64,000 nt of DNA, taken from assembly GCF_006345805.1 (NCBI RefSeq), contig NC_043011.1, forward strand, positions 30,020,464 to 30,084,463, in the 5' to 3' direction. The stretch is from Octopus sinensis. Taxonomy: Eukaryota. Below the pieces are notes generated by a model, which worked only from the letters and a program-made list of their open reading frames with translations, did no database searches and was not told the DNA's origin. A program made the position numbers and the translations under genes. Position 1 is the first letter of the stretch. Every line of letters starts with the position of its first letter. Shown here one piece after another: positions 51,016 through 64,000 of the stretch.

Positions 51016-52011
51016 GTTTGTTGTTTGTCTTTCTCTTTGTTTGTCAGTGAGGTGTATTGTGCATATGGGGGAATCTATTTTATATTTTTATTCTTTTACT
51101 TGTTTTAGTCATTTGATTGTATCCATGCTGGAGTACCACCTTTAAAAGTTTTCTTTTTTAGTCAAAGAAATCGACCCCAGAACCTATTTGTTGTAAGCCT
51201 ATGTTCACTTTTCTATGCTCAAAACACACCTATTCCCTTTTCCATGCTTGCATGGGTTGTCTATCAAAGAAGCACCTTTCTGCAGCCTGACCCCCACTTC
51301 CTGTTTCAATTATCACCTGATTCAAAGGAAGATACTATTCCCCCATTGCAAGACATATTTTCTTTAGCAAAATATTAGAAATGAATGACACTGCTTGTAT
51401 GACAGTGACACTCATTTACAACTATCTTGTGACATCAGCACAAGGAGACACACACATGCACATATACACATATATAAATGCACATAAATATATGCAAATA
51501 TAATAGGCTTCTTTCAGTTTCCATCTACCAAATGTATTTACAAAGCTTTACTCAGTCAAGAGCTATAGTAGAATACATTTGTTCAAGGTGCCACAGTGTA
51601 GGACTGAACCTGAAACAAATTGCTGGGAAGTAAACTTCTTATATTGTTGTAAATTGCAAATATTTATGACAGTGCTACAGCTTAAGTCCTTCACCAACTT
51701 TCATTTTGCCTTTATATATATATATATATGCAACTAATTAGAAAATGGAGAAAACCACAGATTAACAAACACATTGATTAGACCACATTTATAGGTTATT
51801 TTTTTAATACAAAGCATGACATAACAAAATGGTGATGTATCATATCTTACGGCCATTTCAGATCAATTACCAAAATGCTGTCTATAGATAAATGCAAGAA
51901 TAAAGTTCTTCATCTTCATAGGACAATTGAAAAGGCAATGGAGATTCATCAGAATAAAAAACAAGAGCATACAGCACAAACAAAGGGAAGAAGGAAAAGG
52001 AAAGAAAACAT

Positions 52012-52336
52012 GGTGGCTGTGTGGTAAGTAGCTTGCTTACCAAACACATGGTTCCGGGTTCAGTCCCGCTGCGTGGCACCTTGGCCAAGTGTCTTCTACT
52101 ATAGTCTCAAGCTTACCAAAGCCTTGTGAGTGGATTTGGTAGACAAAAACTGAAAGAAGCCTGTCGTATATATGATGGATCGTTAGCCACAACACATTCT
52201 TTATTTTCTCTCCTTGTTTCTTTCTGAGTTCCTTTCTGTGGAAACGTTAAAGACCTTTTCACTTCCCAAGCATTAAACTAATACATCTGTTTGTTGTCTA
52301 CACCACCTGTCTTTGTCTTTAGTTTTTTTTGTGAAT

Positions 52337-52414
<78 letters not shown>

Positions 52415-52560
52415 GTGTGTATATGTTGTGTATCTGTGTTTGTCCCCCAACATTGCTTGACAACCGATGCTGGTGTGTTTAGGTCCCTGTAACTTAGCGG
52501 TTCAGTAAAAGGGACTGATAGAATAAGTATTAGGCTTACGAAGAATAATTCCTGGGGTCG
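52012..52560 (+). mobile_element. Family B SINE carrying a Penelope-like end insert (about 52180-52345)
   Basis: Head and tail match family B; the insert matches 13632-13752. Confidence 0.75.
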
Positions 52561-53544
52561 TTATGTCCTGTTATTTGTATTTGTGTAACATTCTCCATTT
52601 TTCTTCTGTCCTTGTTTTGGTATACATTCGCTGCTTTCTTCCAAGGAATCTAATGCCCTTAGCTTAGTTTTTCCTTGGGGCTGGCCAGATTGGAGCAATA
52701 ACCAGCTGAAATTGCAAAGATAATCTGGAACTCGACTGAAGAAAGAAAAATCCAAAATGACCCGTCCTTGTTTTCTTTGTATCGTCTATCTGGATGTTTT
52801 GTCATCCCATTTTTGTATCTCCTAACTGTCTGGATGTTTTGCGTTCTTGTCCCATATATATATATATACACACACACACATATATATACATATACACATG
52901 CATAATTATATACATATACACAAAAGACCTTACATCTCCTGTACGAATCTTTAGAGAAAATGAAACTGACATTATAACAACACACTAAAAGAAATCTCAT
53001 TCTTCAGATATTGCACAGGAAGATTTTTAATTAAACATGGCATAAGGTACACTTCAAAAACACTTCAGAAAGATACGCAGAGAGGGGTAAAGAGACTATG
53101 AAATGAGACACAGTGATGTCAAAATCTGTTTTATATTCCTATTTTTTCTTCACTCTCTCTTTCTCTCTCTCTCTCTAATACTCTCACTTTCTCTTTATAT
53201 ATCTCTCTTACTGTTTAAACCTAGTTCTTACTTTGACCTTCCCAGCATTCCACTTTCAAATTTCTTTCTCTCTTTCTCTCTCTTTTTAGCTTTCGCTACA
53301 CTTCCTCTCTCCTATCTGTGTATCCTCATTAATTACTGTCTGTCTCCTGTTACTCCTCCCACTCCCATACTCTTATCTACCTCTCACTTTCATCCTCAAT
53401 TTTCTTTTTCTCTCTGTAGCAATATTTGTCATTTTCTTTAATATCTTTCCTTCTTTACTTCAACTCTGTCTAATAGTTACAGACGGAAAGTAGTCATATA
53501 TGCAAACATGTGAGGATGTCATTTTACATACACACACACACACG

Positions 53545-53640
<96 letters not shown>

Positions 53641-53667
53641 AAAATATATATATCTTTTACTATTATA

Positions 53668-53866
53668 CTTGTTTCAGTCATTTGAGTGCGGCCATGCTGG
53701 AGCACCGCCTTTAGTCGAGCAAATCGACCCCAGGACTTATACTTTGGAAGCCTAGTACTTATTCTATCGGTCTCTTTTGCTGAACTGCTAAGTCACAGGG
53801 ATGTAAACACACCATCATCAGTTGTCAAGCGATGTTGAGGGGACAAACACAGACACACAAACATAG

Positions 53867-53905
<39 letters not shown>

Positions 53906-54060
53906 CGATGGACTTCTTTCAGTTTCTGTCTACCAAATCCACTCACAAGGCTTTGGTCAGCTCGAGGCAATAGTAGAAGACACTTACCCAAGATGCCACA
54001 CAGTGGGAATGAACCCGGAACCATGTGGTTGGTAAGCAAGCTACTTACCACACAGCCACT
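53668..54060 (-). mobile_element. tRNA-derived SINE (family B)
   Basis: Full-length match. Confidence 0.9.
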
Positions 54061-54982
54061 CATGCTAATGAGAGAAAAGAACATGCATGTGAATTTGATA
54101 TTCTTCTATCATATCTGTTCCACATCCTTCAGTATTCAGTAATTAAATGACATCACACTATAAATGCAATCCTTAGATACACCTTGTAAATGCTGCATAC
54201 ATAATCAGACTGTACAGACCCCTTTGCAATGAAGCAATGGTAAGAGTATAATATGGTTACCAATAAGAGCTGAAATCTGAACTGTAAAATTGTCATGCAC
54301 TGAATGCAACCATTCTTAATATCTGTGTCTGAACATAGGTAGATAAGTGCTTGAGAAAACATGTCAAGCTAAGTAAGATCGTGGCCATCCATATATACAG
54401 TCATGTCCTTTATGGTCATGTCCCCCATGCCATCTCCCAGTCGAGAGGTCTTTGTCTTGCAGGTACTGGTGCCACAGAAAATGCCCATGTGCCAGTGCCA
54501 CATGAAATGCACTAATTCCGGTGGCATGTAAAAAACACCTATCAAACTCTGTAAAGTTGTTGGTACGAGGAAGGGCACAAGAAGGGCACTAGGAAGGGCA
54601 GCCAGCCATAGAAACCATGCTGAATCAGATTATTGGAGCCTGAACAGCTCTCCAGTTAGCCAGCTCCTGTCAAACCATCCAGCCTAAATAAGAAAAGGGT
54701 GAATCTGATAAGCATCATGAATCAAATGCTAATAATTCATAATGTTTAGAATCTAATCTGCAATACAATGACAGTCATTTAAAGTTTGTTTTTTCTTGAA
54801 CTGGAAATGACCACCAACCTTCACCACAATGTTTTGTAATATGGGCATGAAACAAATCCCAGCTTCATAACAAGTTGGAAAGAAACTTTTCAAAAGCAAA
54901 CATTATTTTCAAAGAAAATATTCACATTGTTTTAAAGAGTTATCAGAACATAATCAAATATTTTTAATAGTATTAAAAAAAC

Positions 54983-55368
54983 AGGAGTGGCTGTGTGGTA
55001 TGTAGCTTGCTTATGAATCACGTGGTTCCAGGTTCAGTCCCACTGCGTGGAACCTTTGGACAAGTGTCTTCTACTATAGCCTTGGGCCGACCAAAGCCTG
55101 GTGAGTGGATTTGGTAGACGGAAACTGAAAGAAGCCCATCGTATATATATGTATATATATGTGTGTGTGTGTGTTTGTCTCCCCAAAATCGCTTGACAAC
55201 TGATGCTGGTGTGTTTGCATTCCTGTAACTTAGCGGTTCAGCAAAGAGATCTATAGAATAAGTACTAGGCTTACAAAGAATAAGTCCTGGTGTTGATTTA
55301 CTTGACTAAAAGGCAGTGCTCCAGCATGGCTGCAGTCAAATGACTGAAACAAGTAAAAGAGTAAAAGA
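54983..55368 (+). mobile_element. tRNA-derived SINE (family B)
   Basis: Full-length match. Confidence 0.9.
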
Positions 55369-55384
55369 GAGAGTAAACTATTTC

Positions 55385-56810
55385 TGAAGAAGCACAAATT
55401 GCCTTTTTAAAAATATCTGAAATGATTCTCAATAAAAATGGAGTCTCATATTTTGGAGAGTCCTTTGTTTTACCTGCATGCAAGATCACTGTAAGGTGAT
55501 GCAATGAGATTGAGTAGATGAAATAAGTAAAAGTCCTATTTCAAATGATACAGTTTGTATGTGTAATTTGGAATTATTTGCTGACATTGAAGAAATTGTA
55601 TGCCATGATAAACTCCATCATTCAAATTTTGCTTTGCAAATTGATGAGTCAACAGATTTTTCCAATAAAATGTAGCTTCGGACATTCGTTTGTTTTGTTA
55701 ATGCAGATCGAATAGTGCTTTTTTAAAATCAAATAAATGCCAGGTAGTATAAACGGTGAAGACATTTTTCATATTTGAAATAACTACTTTGGGGAATGTG
55801 ACTTCTAATAGCAATCATGTAATGGCAGTAGTTGTAGTGATGGAGCTCCTTCTATGGTAAAATACATAAAAGGGGTTACAACACTTGGCAAAATAGCAAA
55901 ATTCCAATGTTATTTCAACTAACTGTGTTTTACACAGAGAGTTCTTGATTGCCAAATCAGTAGGAGTTGAATGGAGACAAGTTTTTGATCAAGTTGTCAA
56001 CATGGTTAATTTTATTAAAAAGACCATTAAAGATCCCTTTGTTTGAGACAATTTGTATTGAAGTGGATTTTACACACTGCAATGGTATGACTTGTCAAAG
56101 GAGGTGGGGCATTCTGCCATGAGTAGGAACTCTGGAAAGAGTTTCTTGCATCCTTTGAAGACATAAAACGAAAACAATTTTGTGGATATCTTCAATGTGA
56201 ATTTTGGATTTCTAACCCGAAATATTTGACAAGTAAATTCCAGCACTTTAACAACCTGACTGAAAGTATGCAAGTTAAACATAAAAATAACCTTTCATCT
56301 CCAAAGAAACTATCAATGTTTCAGAAGAAAATAATAATTTGGGAAAAGAAAGCTAGAAATGGCAATTTTGAATGTTTCTTTTGGTAAGTAGAACCATATA
56401 AAGGAAATTACTCCTGTCACAGTTGAGTGTTTGACAACTCTAGAAGAAGAATCGAGCTTATTTTTCATTATTAAGTATTGAGCCAAATAACTAGATCGCA
56501 AACCTTTCATGGAAGTTCAATTTATGTTTGAAATAATCCAAATCTAAAGAATGGGATGTTATATCCAATAATCTTAAACCAAAATTCAAATATGAGGAAC
56601 TGTCTCTTGAAAAGTGTTGGCTTTCCATCAGAGAAGACTATCATTTCGGTTACTGAAAAAAATAAGCTTTGCCTATTTCGATTCCATTTTCACCACTAAA
56701 TTTGTGTGAATTAGGATTTTCTTCACTGATCAACATTAAATGCAAAATAGGGAAACTATCAAATGCCTTGAAGCAGAAATAAGATTGTGATTATCATAGA
56801 ATCACACAAA
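55385..56810 (+). mobile_element. Decayed hAT (Charlie/Buster-like) transposase
   Basis: FALQIDESTD, DGAPSM, NCVLHREFLIAK and FDQVVNMVNFIK motifs in order, with many stops and frameshifts. Confidence 0.8.
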
Positions 56811-57045
56811 AATGACTGAAGAATATGGTTAGTTTTTTTCTAATTCAGGCAGAAGGCCAGCAATTTTGAGAAGATTGGAAGCTGCTTACATCAAACTTTA
56901 CCAATCCTACAAGGCTGAAAGGTGAAGTTGACCTCATCAGGATTTGAACACAGAATGTGAAGAGCCAGATGATATGCTGCTAAGCACTTTTGTCCTGAAA
57001 AAATTCCTTCAGTTCACTGATTGTGAAGAACATGATTAGTTTTTT

Positions 57046-57270
57046 TTATTTCTTTACTGCCCACAAGGGGCTAAACACAGAGGGGACAAACAAGGACAGA
57101 CAAATGAATTAAGTCAATTATATCGACCCCAGTGCATAACTGGTACTTATTTAATCAACCCCGAAAGGATGAAAGGCAAAGTCGACCTCAGCAGAATTTG
57201 AACTCAGAACGTAGTGGCAGACGAAATACCACTAAGCATTTCGCCCGGTGTGCTAACGTTTCTGCCATCT
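57046..57270 (-). mobile_element. Family A SINE
   Basis: Full head, core and tail. Confidence 0.9.
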
Positions 57271-57397
57271 TCCACATGATTAATAAAACAAAGAAAACAA
57301 TGGTATCCTGTATATTCTTTCTAATTTTTTTTTTTTACTTCAAAACATAATATTTTAATTTTCCATGCAAAGTGCAAAAGTAATATTTTTGTATTTG

Positions 57398-57612
57398 AAG
57401 GCGTTGAGCTGGTAGAAATGTTAGCACGCTGGGCGAAATGCTTAGCAGAATTATGTCTATCTTTACATTCTGAGTTCAAATTCCACTGAGGTAGACTTTG
57501 CCTTTCATCCTTTCGGTGCCGATAAATTAAGTACCAGTTGCATACTGGAGTTCATCTAATTGACTGCCCTCCCTCCCAAAAAATTTCGGGCCTTGTGCCT
57601 AGAGTAGAAAAG
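57398..57612 (+). mobile_element. Family A SINE variant
   Basis: Head GAAGGCGTTGAGCTGGTAGAAATGTTAGCACG and core. Confidence 0.85.
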
Positions 57613-58551
57613 AAAAGAATATTTTTGTATTTGATCTTCAGTGCACCAGAAAATAAATTTTGATAAACCCAAAACACAGAAAACCTTTGTTTTAAACTAT
57701 GGTAACACCACACTAATGATAAATCAAAGTCAAGATGGTGCAAACAGATTAATATCTGCCAACTTGTGAATTATTAATCTCACCTCTTTAGCATAGAAAA
57801 TATAAATTAGTTTGCATCTAAAATATTCATTAATAATTAGTGTTCAATTAAATACTGAAACCTTATGTGTATATATTGTTGTGTCTGGGGAGAATCATTC
57901 TCTTTTAGTGCCTTATTATTTAACACATTCACCAGTTCAATTTCCACCCATTTACTTATTTATTTTTCCCTAAATTTTCGTTGCATCTTGCAATATTTTC
58001 AATAGTCGTTGGTTCTGTTCATTATCTGAGCTGTGTTCTTTTTGTCTGTGCACATCTGTGTGAGTTAATGTGTGTGTGTGTGTGTGTGCATACACATGAG
58101 AAAAAAAAAGAACACAGCTTGGATAACGGAGAGATCCAATGACTATTGAAAAAGTTGCAAGACGCGACATAAATTTTAGGACAAAATAAGTAAATGAGTG
58201 GAACTTTACTTTTGAGTGTGTTAAATAATAAGGCTCTAAAAGAGAATGACTCTCCCCAGACACAACAAAATATGCTTCAACACACAAACTCACATAAAGA
58301 ATCTTGCAAACCAAATCCCAAAACGAAGTTTATGTGTATGGTTTTTTCAAAAATATATATTAGGTGCAGGCATGGCAGTGTGCCAAAAAGTTTGTTTCCA
58401 GGTTCAGTCCCATTTCATGGCACCTTGGACAGGTGTTTTCTGCTATAGCCCCAGGTTGACCAAAGCTTTCTAAGTGGATTTGGTAGATAGAAACTGAAGG
58501 AAGTCTATCATATATATATCTATATCTGTATATATATATATATATATATAT

Positions 58552-58620
<69 letters not shown>

Positions 58621-58934
58621 GTATGTATGTATGTATGTATGTGTATATATAAGTATATATATTGATATGACATATGACTTCTCAATGTCACTGTTATCTC
58701 TGAACTGTTATAATATTAAACATTCCTGATGTCCTCTTATTACTCTCCAACTGTGTATCTTCAACAAGCATTCCATGAAATCTCTATTCAATAATTCCTA
58801 CGACCTGTACACTATGACTGCATATATGACACTCTTCTCAGACTGTTCTGCACATGCTCATTTATACTAGTATAGTTCACTTAGCCAATCACTGGGCAGG
58901 GTGAACAGATTCACCATACAATATATATACATAT

Positions 58935-59260
58935 TCTTTTATTCTTTAACTTGTTGCCATCATTTGACTATGACCATGCTGGTGCACTGTCTTTAGTCAA
59001 ATAAATTGACCACAGGACTTAATCTTTGTAAGCCTAGTACTTATTCTATCGGTCTCTTTTGCTGAACTGCTAGATTATGGGGAAGTAAACACATCAACAT
59101 CAGTTGGCAACCGATAGCAGGCATACAAACACAGACACACAAATACATACAGATATATATACACACACGAAGGGCTTCCTTCAGTTTCCATCTACCAAAT
59201 CCTTTCACAAGGCTTAGGACGGCCCGAGGCTATAATAGAAGACACTCGCCCAAGGTGGGT
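58935..59260 (-). mobile_element. Family B SINE, 5'-truncated
   Basis: Tail and body match family B. Confidence 0.8.
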
Positions 59261-61073
59261 ATTTTGGGTTAATACCTTCAATAAATGTTATTGTTGCTAT
59301 TATTATAATTATATCTATTAGTATTCATCATCATCATCATCATCATTGTGTTATGTCCGCCTTCCATGCTGGCATGGCATAAATATCATTAATTATTAAA
59401 AATATTATTGTAACTAGTATTACTATAGATGGTAAGTTGTGTTTATATATTTATATATATATATATATAGCGTGTGTGTGTGTGTGTGTGTATTGTGTTG
59501 GTCCTCAATACTACTTGACAACTGGTTCTGGTTTGTTTACATCCCTATAATTTGGTGGTTCAACAAAAGAAAATGATAAAATAAGTGTCAGGATTTGATT
59601 TATTTGACTAAAGCCCTTCAAGGTGCTGCTCCAGCATGGCTGCAATCCGAAGACTGAAACAAGTAACAAATAAAATCGTTTTCCCTTTGTCCTCACAACA
59701 AACAGAAATACGTCTTAGCCAACTGGCTGGCTCCACCTGAATAGTAATATGGGTTGGGTCTTCTCCTGTTAGTAGACCTGTATCACCATAAATAGTGAAA
59801 TTATCACTTCGACACCCGTACACATATGAAATCACACATACCCTCCAAACCACCCTACCTTTCTTTCTATCTCTATCTCTCTTTCTCTTTCTCACTCTCT
59901 GTTCCCTCACCACCTCACCCTTACCCCTTCTACAACCCACAACCACATATACAAAAATTTGAACGCTGGCATACTGGACAATGGCTAAAAGAGACCAATC
60001 TACAGAACATAGTGCTTGAGTCTTTTAACTAATTTTTTACTGTATTTTTTCATCTGTGAGGTACATTCCAGTTTTATTTTCTTTACATCTCTGAGACCCA
60101 CAACTGGATGTGGTTGATACAGAACCTTTGGTATTAAAGAGTGCAAGCGTTACTTTTCCATTTAGCCATGTTCAGTGATTGTTAATTTGTCTTGTCACAC
60201 TAAGAAGGTTCTTAAACATGAAACCATATATAGTAATATGAATTGCATGCTGTGAGAACTAAGTATATAACATTGTATTACATAATGTGTGTGTGTATGT
60301 GTGTGTTTGTGTGTCAGTTATAGTGATGAGGCCTTTTGTTGACAATTTTCATTATTAATTACCTACTGTCAATCATGAGTATTTACTCAAGGCACATCCT
60401 TGGCAAACACAATTTGGAAACAATTATGATGCAATAGTATAGTCAAAAGCAGAAGAATTATGTAATAGAATTAAGGCGAATGCCTAATCCTGTCCTGATG
60501 TTGTGAACATTTGTTCATTATCTATTCTCAATGGACGTCTAAACGTCATCAGTTTTCCCTTTGTTTGACAACTGGTGAAATATATTGCTCTAAATATTCA
60601 GTCATTTTCATATTTAATCATTAAGAATATATGGCACTGTATAGAGACCTAAGGCTGTAGTCACTTCTTAGTAATAATATCTCAGCAGCATTTCAACTAC
60701 TTTCCAGCCATGTGAAACATATTTAACTTGGAAAAGATACAATGAAAGAAATAGTTTACAGGACATGTTCTAATAACTGTAATGAAGGGAAGTTATACAT
60801 TTATCTTTAAAGCATCTCCTTGTACATCCAATGGGCGTCGTTCAGTATACAAATTTATGAGACAAAAATTACTGATACATAAAACTGTATTTCTGATGGT
60901 CCAAAATTGACAAAAACGTGTCAGTAAGCTGGTGCAGAACAAACATCTAAAGATACTGTATACATAAAGAACTTTTTTAATGCTTTTTCATAACCATTTA
61001 TACTGTATTCTTTACTGATATACAGCGTAGATATTCATTCATTCACTCACTCACTCACTCACTCACACACACA

Positions 61074-61113
<40 letters not shown>

Positions 61114-61506
61114 ACTCACACACACACATGCACACATACACACACATGCATATATATATATATAGGTAGATAAAAGACACATAAATAAAACAGGAAGGTT
61201 ATAAAGTAAGGAAGAGACCAGTGAAATGCATGGTGGAAAAAAACACAAGAATATTAAATGAAACAATAACAATCAAAGAATGTGTACAATGAAAATAAAT
61301 ATGTTAAATGAAAGAAATACAAGAGGATCTAATGTTCAAGGTTTATACAGTTCATCAAAGGCAAATAGAAGTAATAAGATATGTGAAAGAAAACAAAATA
61401 GAAACGATGCTGATTTTACAATGTCTGTTTACATTGCCAGCATGAAATTTTATTTATGTATGTATGTATGTATGTATGTATGTATGTATGTATGTATGTA
61501 TATATA

Positions 61507-61537
<31 letters not shown>

Positions 61538-61605
61538 ATATGTATTATGTATGTATGTATGTATGTATGTATGTATGTATGTATGTATGCATGTATGCAT
61601 GTATG

Positions 61606-61636
<31 letters not shown>

Positions 61637-61736
61637 TTATGTGGTCTTGTTCTCAGCTTGATAATTGGAATAATCATTTCAATCAGGAAACCCTGGGTAG
61701 TTGTGTTACAAGATTTGTGGCTTTTTATGGTATATA

Positions 61737-61809
<73 letters not shown>

Positions 61810-62289
61810 ATAAAACATGTTTGTATGTATAAAGAATGTGTTATAGAATGCTAACATAAGCATGGTATAGCTAATCAGCAGGTAGTGCTGAGATAAGAAG
61901 AGTTGGCTATAAGAATGGCCTTTGTTTAGTAGTAGTGATGAAAACAGAAAATGCAGATAAACAAAAGTAGGCAAAAGGCAAGTATTCACATGGAAAGTTG
62001 TGTATAGAAACATATGATGTAATAAAGAATCTTCTTTACAGCTATTTCACATAGTAGATGACTGGTGCCATTAACCAGGTATGTAATGTTATGAGACCCA
62101 ATTATTTTGTTGGTGTATGGACTAGTGTGCAATTTGAAAACCTTGCAATATAAATTCATGCCATTCTCATCAGAAGATGCAGGCAAGTAGTGTATACCTA
62201 CTTTTGTTTATCTGTCTTTCCTGCTTATATACACATACGTATATGGATATATATGTATGTGTATATATGTATGTATGTGTGTATATATA

Positions 62290-62340
<51 letters not shown>

Positions 62341-62570
62341 GATAAGATCGATATTTAAATACCAATCATATCAGGTGGCCAGCATGGGAATAAAATCCTT
62401 CAAAGGTAATAATTATCTAAAATTATAATTTAGGGTATCTAAGAGATACCACCACGCTGGAAATAGCAGTCAAAACTTGACTCTAAAAGCACATTAAATG
62501 TTCATACAAAACCAGGAGAGAAGAAGAAACACAGAGACAAAATAAACTATCAAAAAGAAATTACTGGATA

Positions 62571-62629
62571 ATTCCAGATTCCGGATTTCTGGTTCTGCAT
62601 AAGAAATGCCTTGCTTTCATCAGTGGAAT
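62571..62629 (-). ncRNA. Type I hammerhead-like motif
   Basis: rc ATTCCA CTGATGA AAGCAAGGCATTTCTTATGCAGAACCA GAAA TCCGGA ATC TGGAAT; 6-bp stem I, palindromic TCCGGA, AUC triplet; stem II base does not pair well. Confidence 0.6.
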
Positions 62630-62700
62630 ATACTCAGAAAGCACATAAATACAAATATATAAAGATATATATACAACATACGATAGATAGCCTAAATTAT

Positions 62701-62828
62701 AAGAAGTCCATACACATGTAGTTCCAGCTTCCAGCTCAATAAACTCATTGATGGAGAAACTTAGTAGATATAAAACTAAGGGTCTACACAGAACCCTACA
62801 CTGTGTGTATGTCAATGTATTATATCTG

Positions 62829-62891
<63 letters not shown>

Positions 62892-63645
62892 GTATATCTA
62901 AAAGAATTTCTAATCGTCATTCTACATTTAGGGATAGGAATAAACGTAACAGTACAGAGCTTAGTAAATTAATTTGGTATCTAAAAGATCACAATAAACA
63001 ATTTAATTTAGATTGGTTGATTCTCTCAATCTCTATACCTTATGACAAAGGCAAGGAATTCTGTCTTCTCTGTAATTCTGAACTATTTTTTATTCTTTTT
63101 ACTAAAACGCCCCTTATAAACACGGTTATAGAGCATGCATACATTGGCAGAAACACACCTTTAGTTCATATAGGTGATATCTATCATTATATATATTTTA
63201 AACATTAATCTTCTTCTTATATTTCCCATTCACTAGATATATCTTCTTCCAAGTCTATATGGTTTTATTTAATATACATATAGTTATATACTTCTCATTT
63301 ATTTGTGTTTTTTTACCCCTCCTCTTTCTATAGGCTACATTTGACGTTATATCTTCTAACGTTTTTTTGAAACAAACTTGATAGTGTTCAGTTAATCACT
63401 ATACATATCCATCATTTTCTGTTAAAATGTCTTATTGACGAGTTTCATTTCTTCATTTCCCTGAAGAGAAGATTACATTCTTTTACACCATTCTATTCCT
63501 TTAGAATAATACCAGTGATATATTTGAAGCAAGTGTCGGAAGTAAAGAATTTGAATAACACCTGCGTTTAACTCCATATATATATATATATATATATACA
63601 TATATGTATATCCAGATACAAACACACACACACATATATATATAA

Positions 63646-63695
<50 letters not shown>

Positions 63696-63892
63696 ATATA
63701 TATGCATATATATATATATGTATGTGTGTGTACAGATAAATAGATAGATAGATAGATAGATAGATAGAAATAACACATTGACATACACACAGCGTAGATT
63801 TCTGTGTAGTCCCGTAGTTTTTTATCTACCAAGTTTTTCCATCAATGAGTTTATTGATCTGGAAACTGGAACTACATGTGTATGAACTTCTT
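62701..63892. repeat. Inverted repeat pair (about 62701-62830 vs 63733-63892) with about 0.9-kb spacer
   Basis: CATACACATGTAGTTCCAG...AATAAACTCATTGATGGA vs TCCATCAATGAGTTTATT...CTGGAACTACATGTGTATG. Confidence 0.85.
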
Positions 63893-64000
63893 AACCACAC
63901 AGACAACTATGTCTTTAACTACTAAATGTCGGACAGCAAAGGTCAAATGATAAGAACATCTGCCACCCAATTTAATTCTTCATTCAATAAATCATGTGGA

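Overview
AT-rich, microsatellite-dense animal genomic DNA, most likely octopus (inferred from recognising the tRNA-derived SINE families; not verified by search). I could not support any intact host gene. Most listed ORFs are translations of simple repeats or antisense reads of transposon remnants. The window is a mosaic of at least 5 tRNA-derived SINE families, decayed LINEs (a 5'-truncated R4/Dong element in a (TAA)n tract; CRE-, RTE- and CR1-like fragments) and DNA transposon remnants (mariner, DD37D/maT in a triplicated block, a Tc1-like MITE, TTAA MITEs, hAT/Charlie). The most notable signal is a set of Penelope-like element ends from several unrelated families, mostly arranged as inverted (foldback) pairs and carrying minimal type I hammerhead ribozyme motifs. 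One hammerhead at 34579-34667 looks intact and faces an antisense twin. One TSD-bounded Penelope foldback at 29449-30326 links a GIY-YIG C-terminus, a tRNA-like Pol III promoter and a hammerhead. Several further near-perfect palindromes are present.
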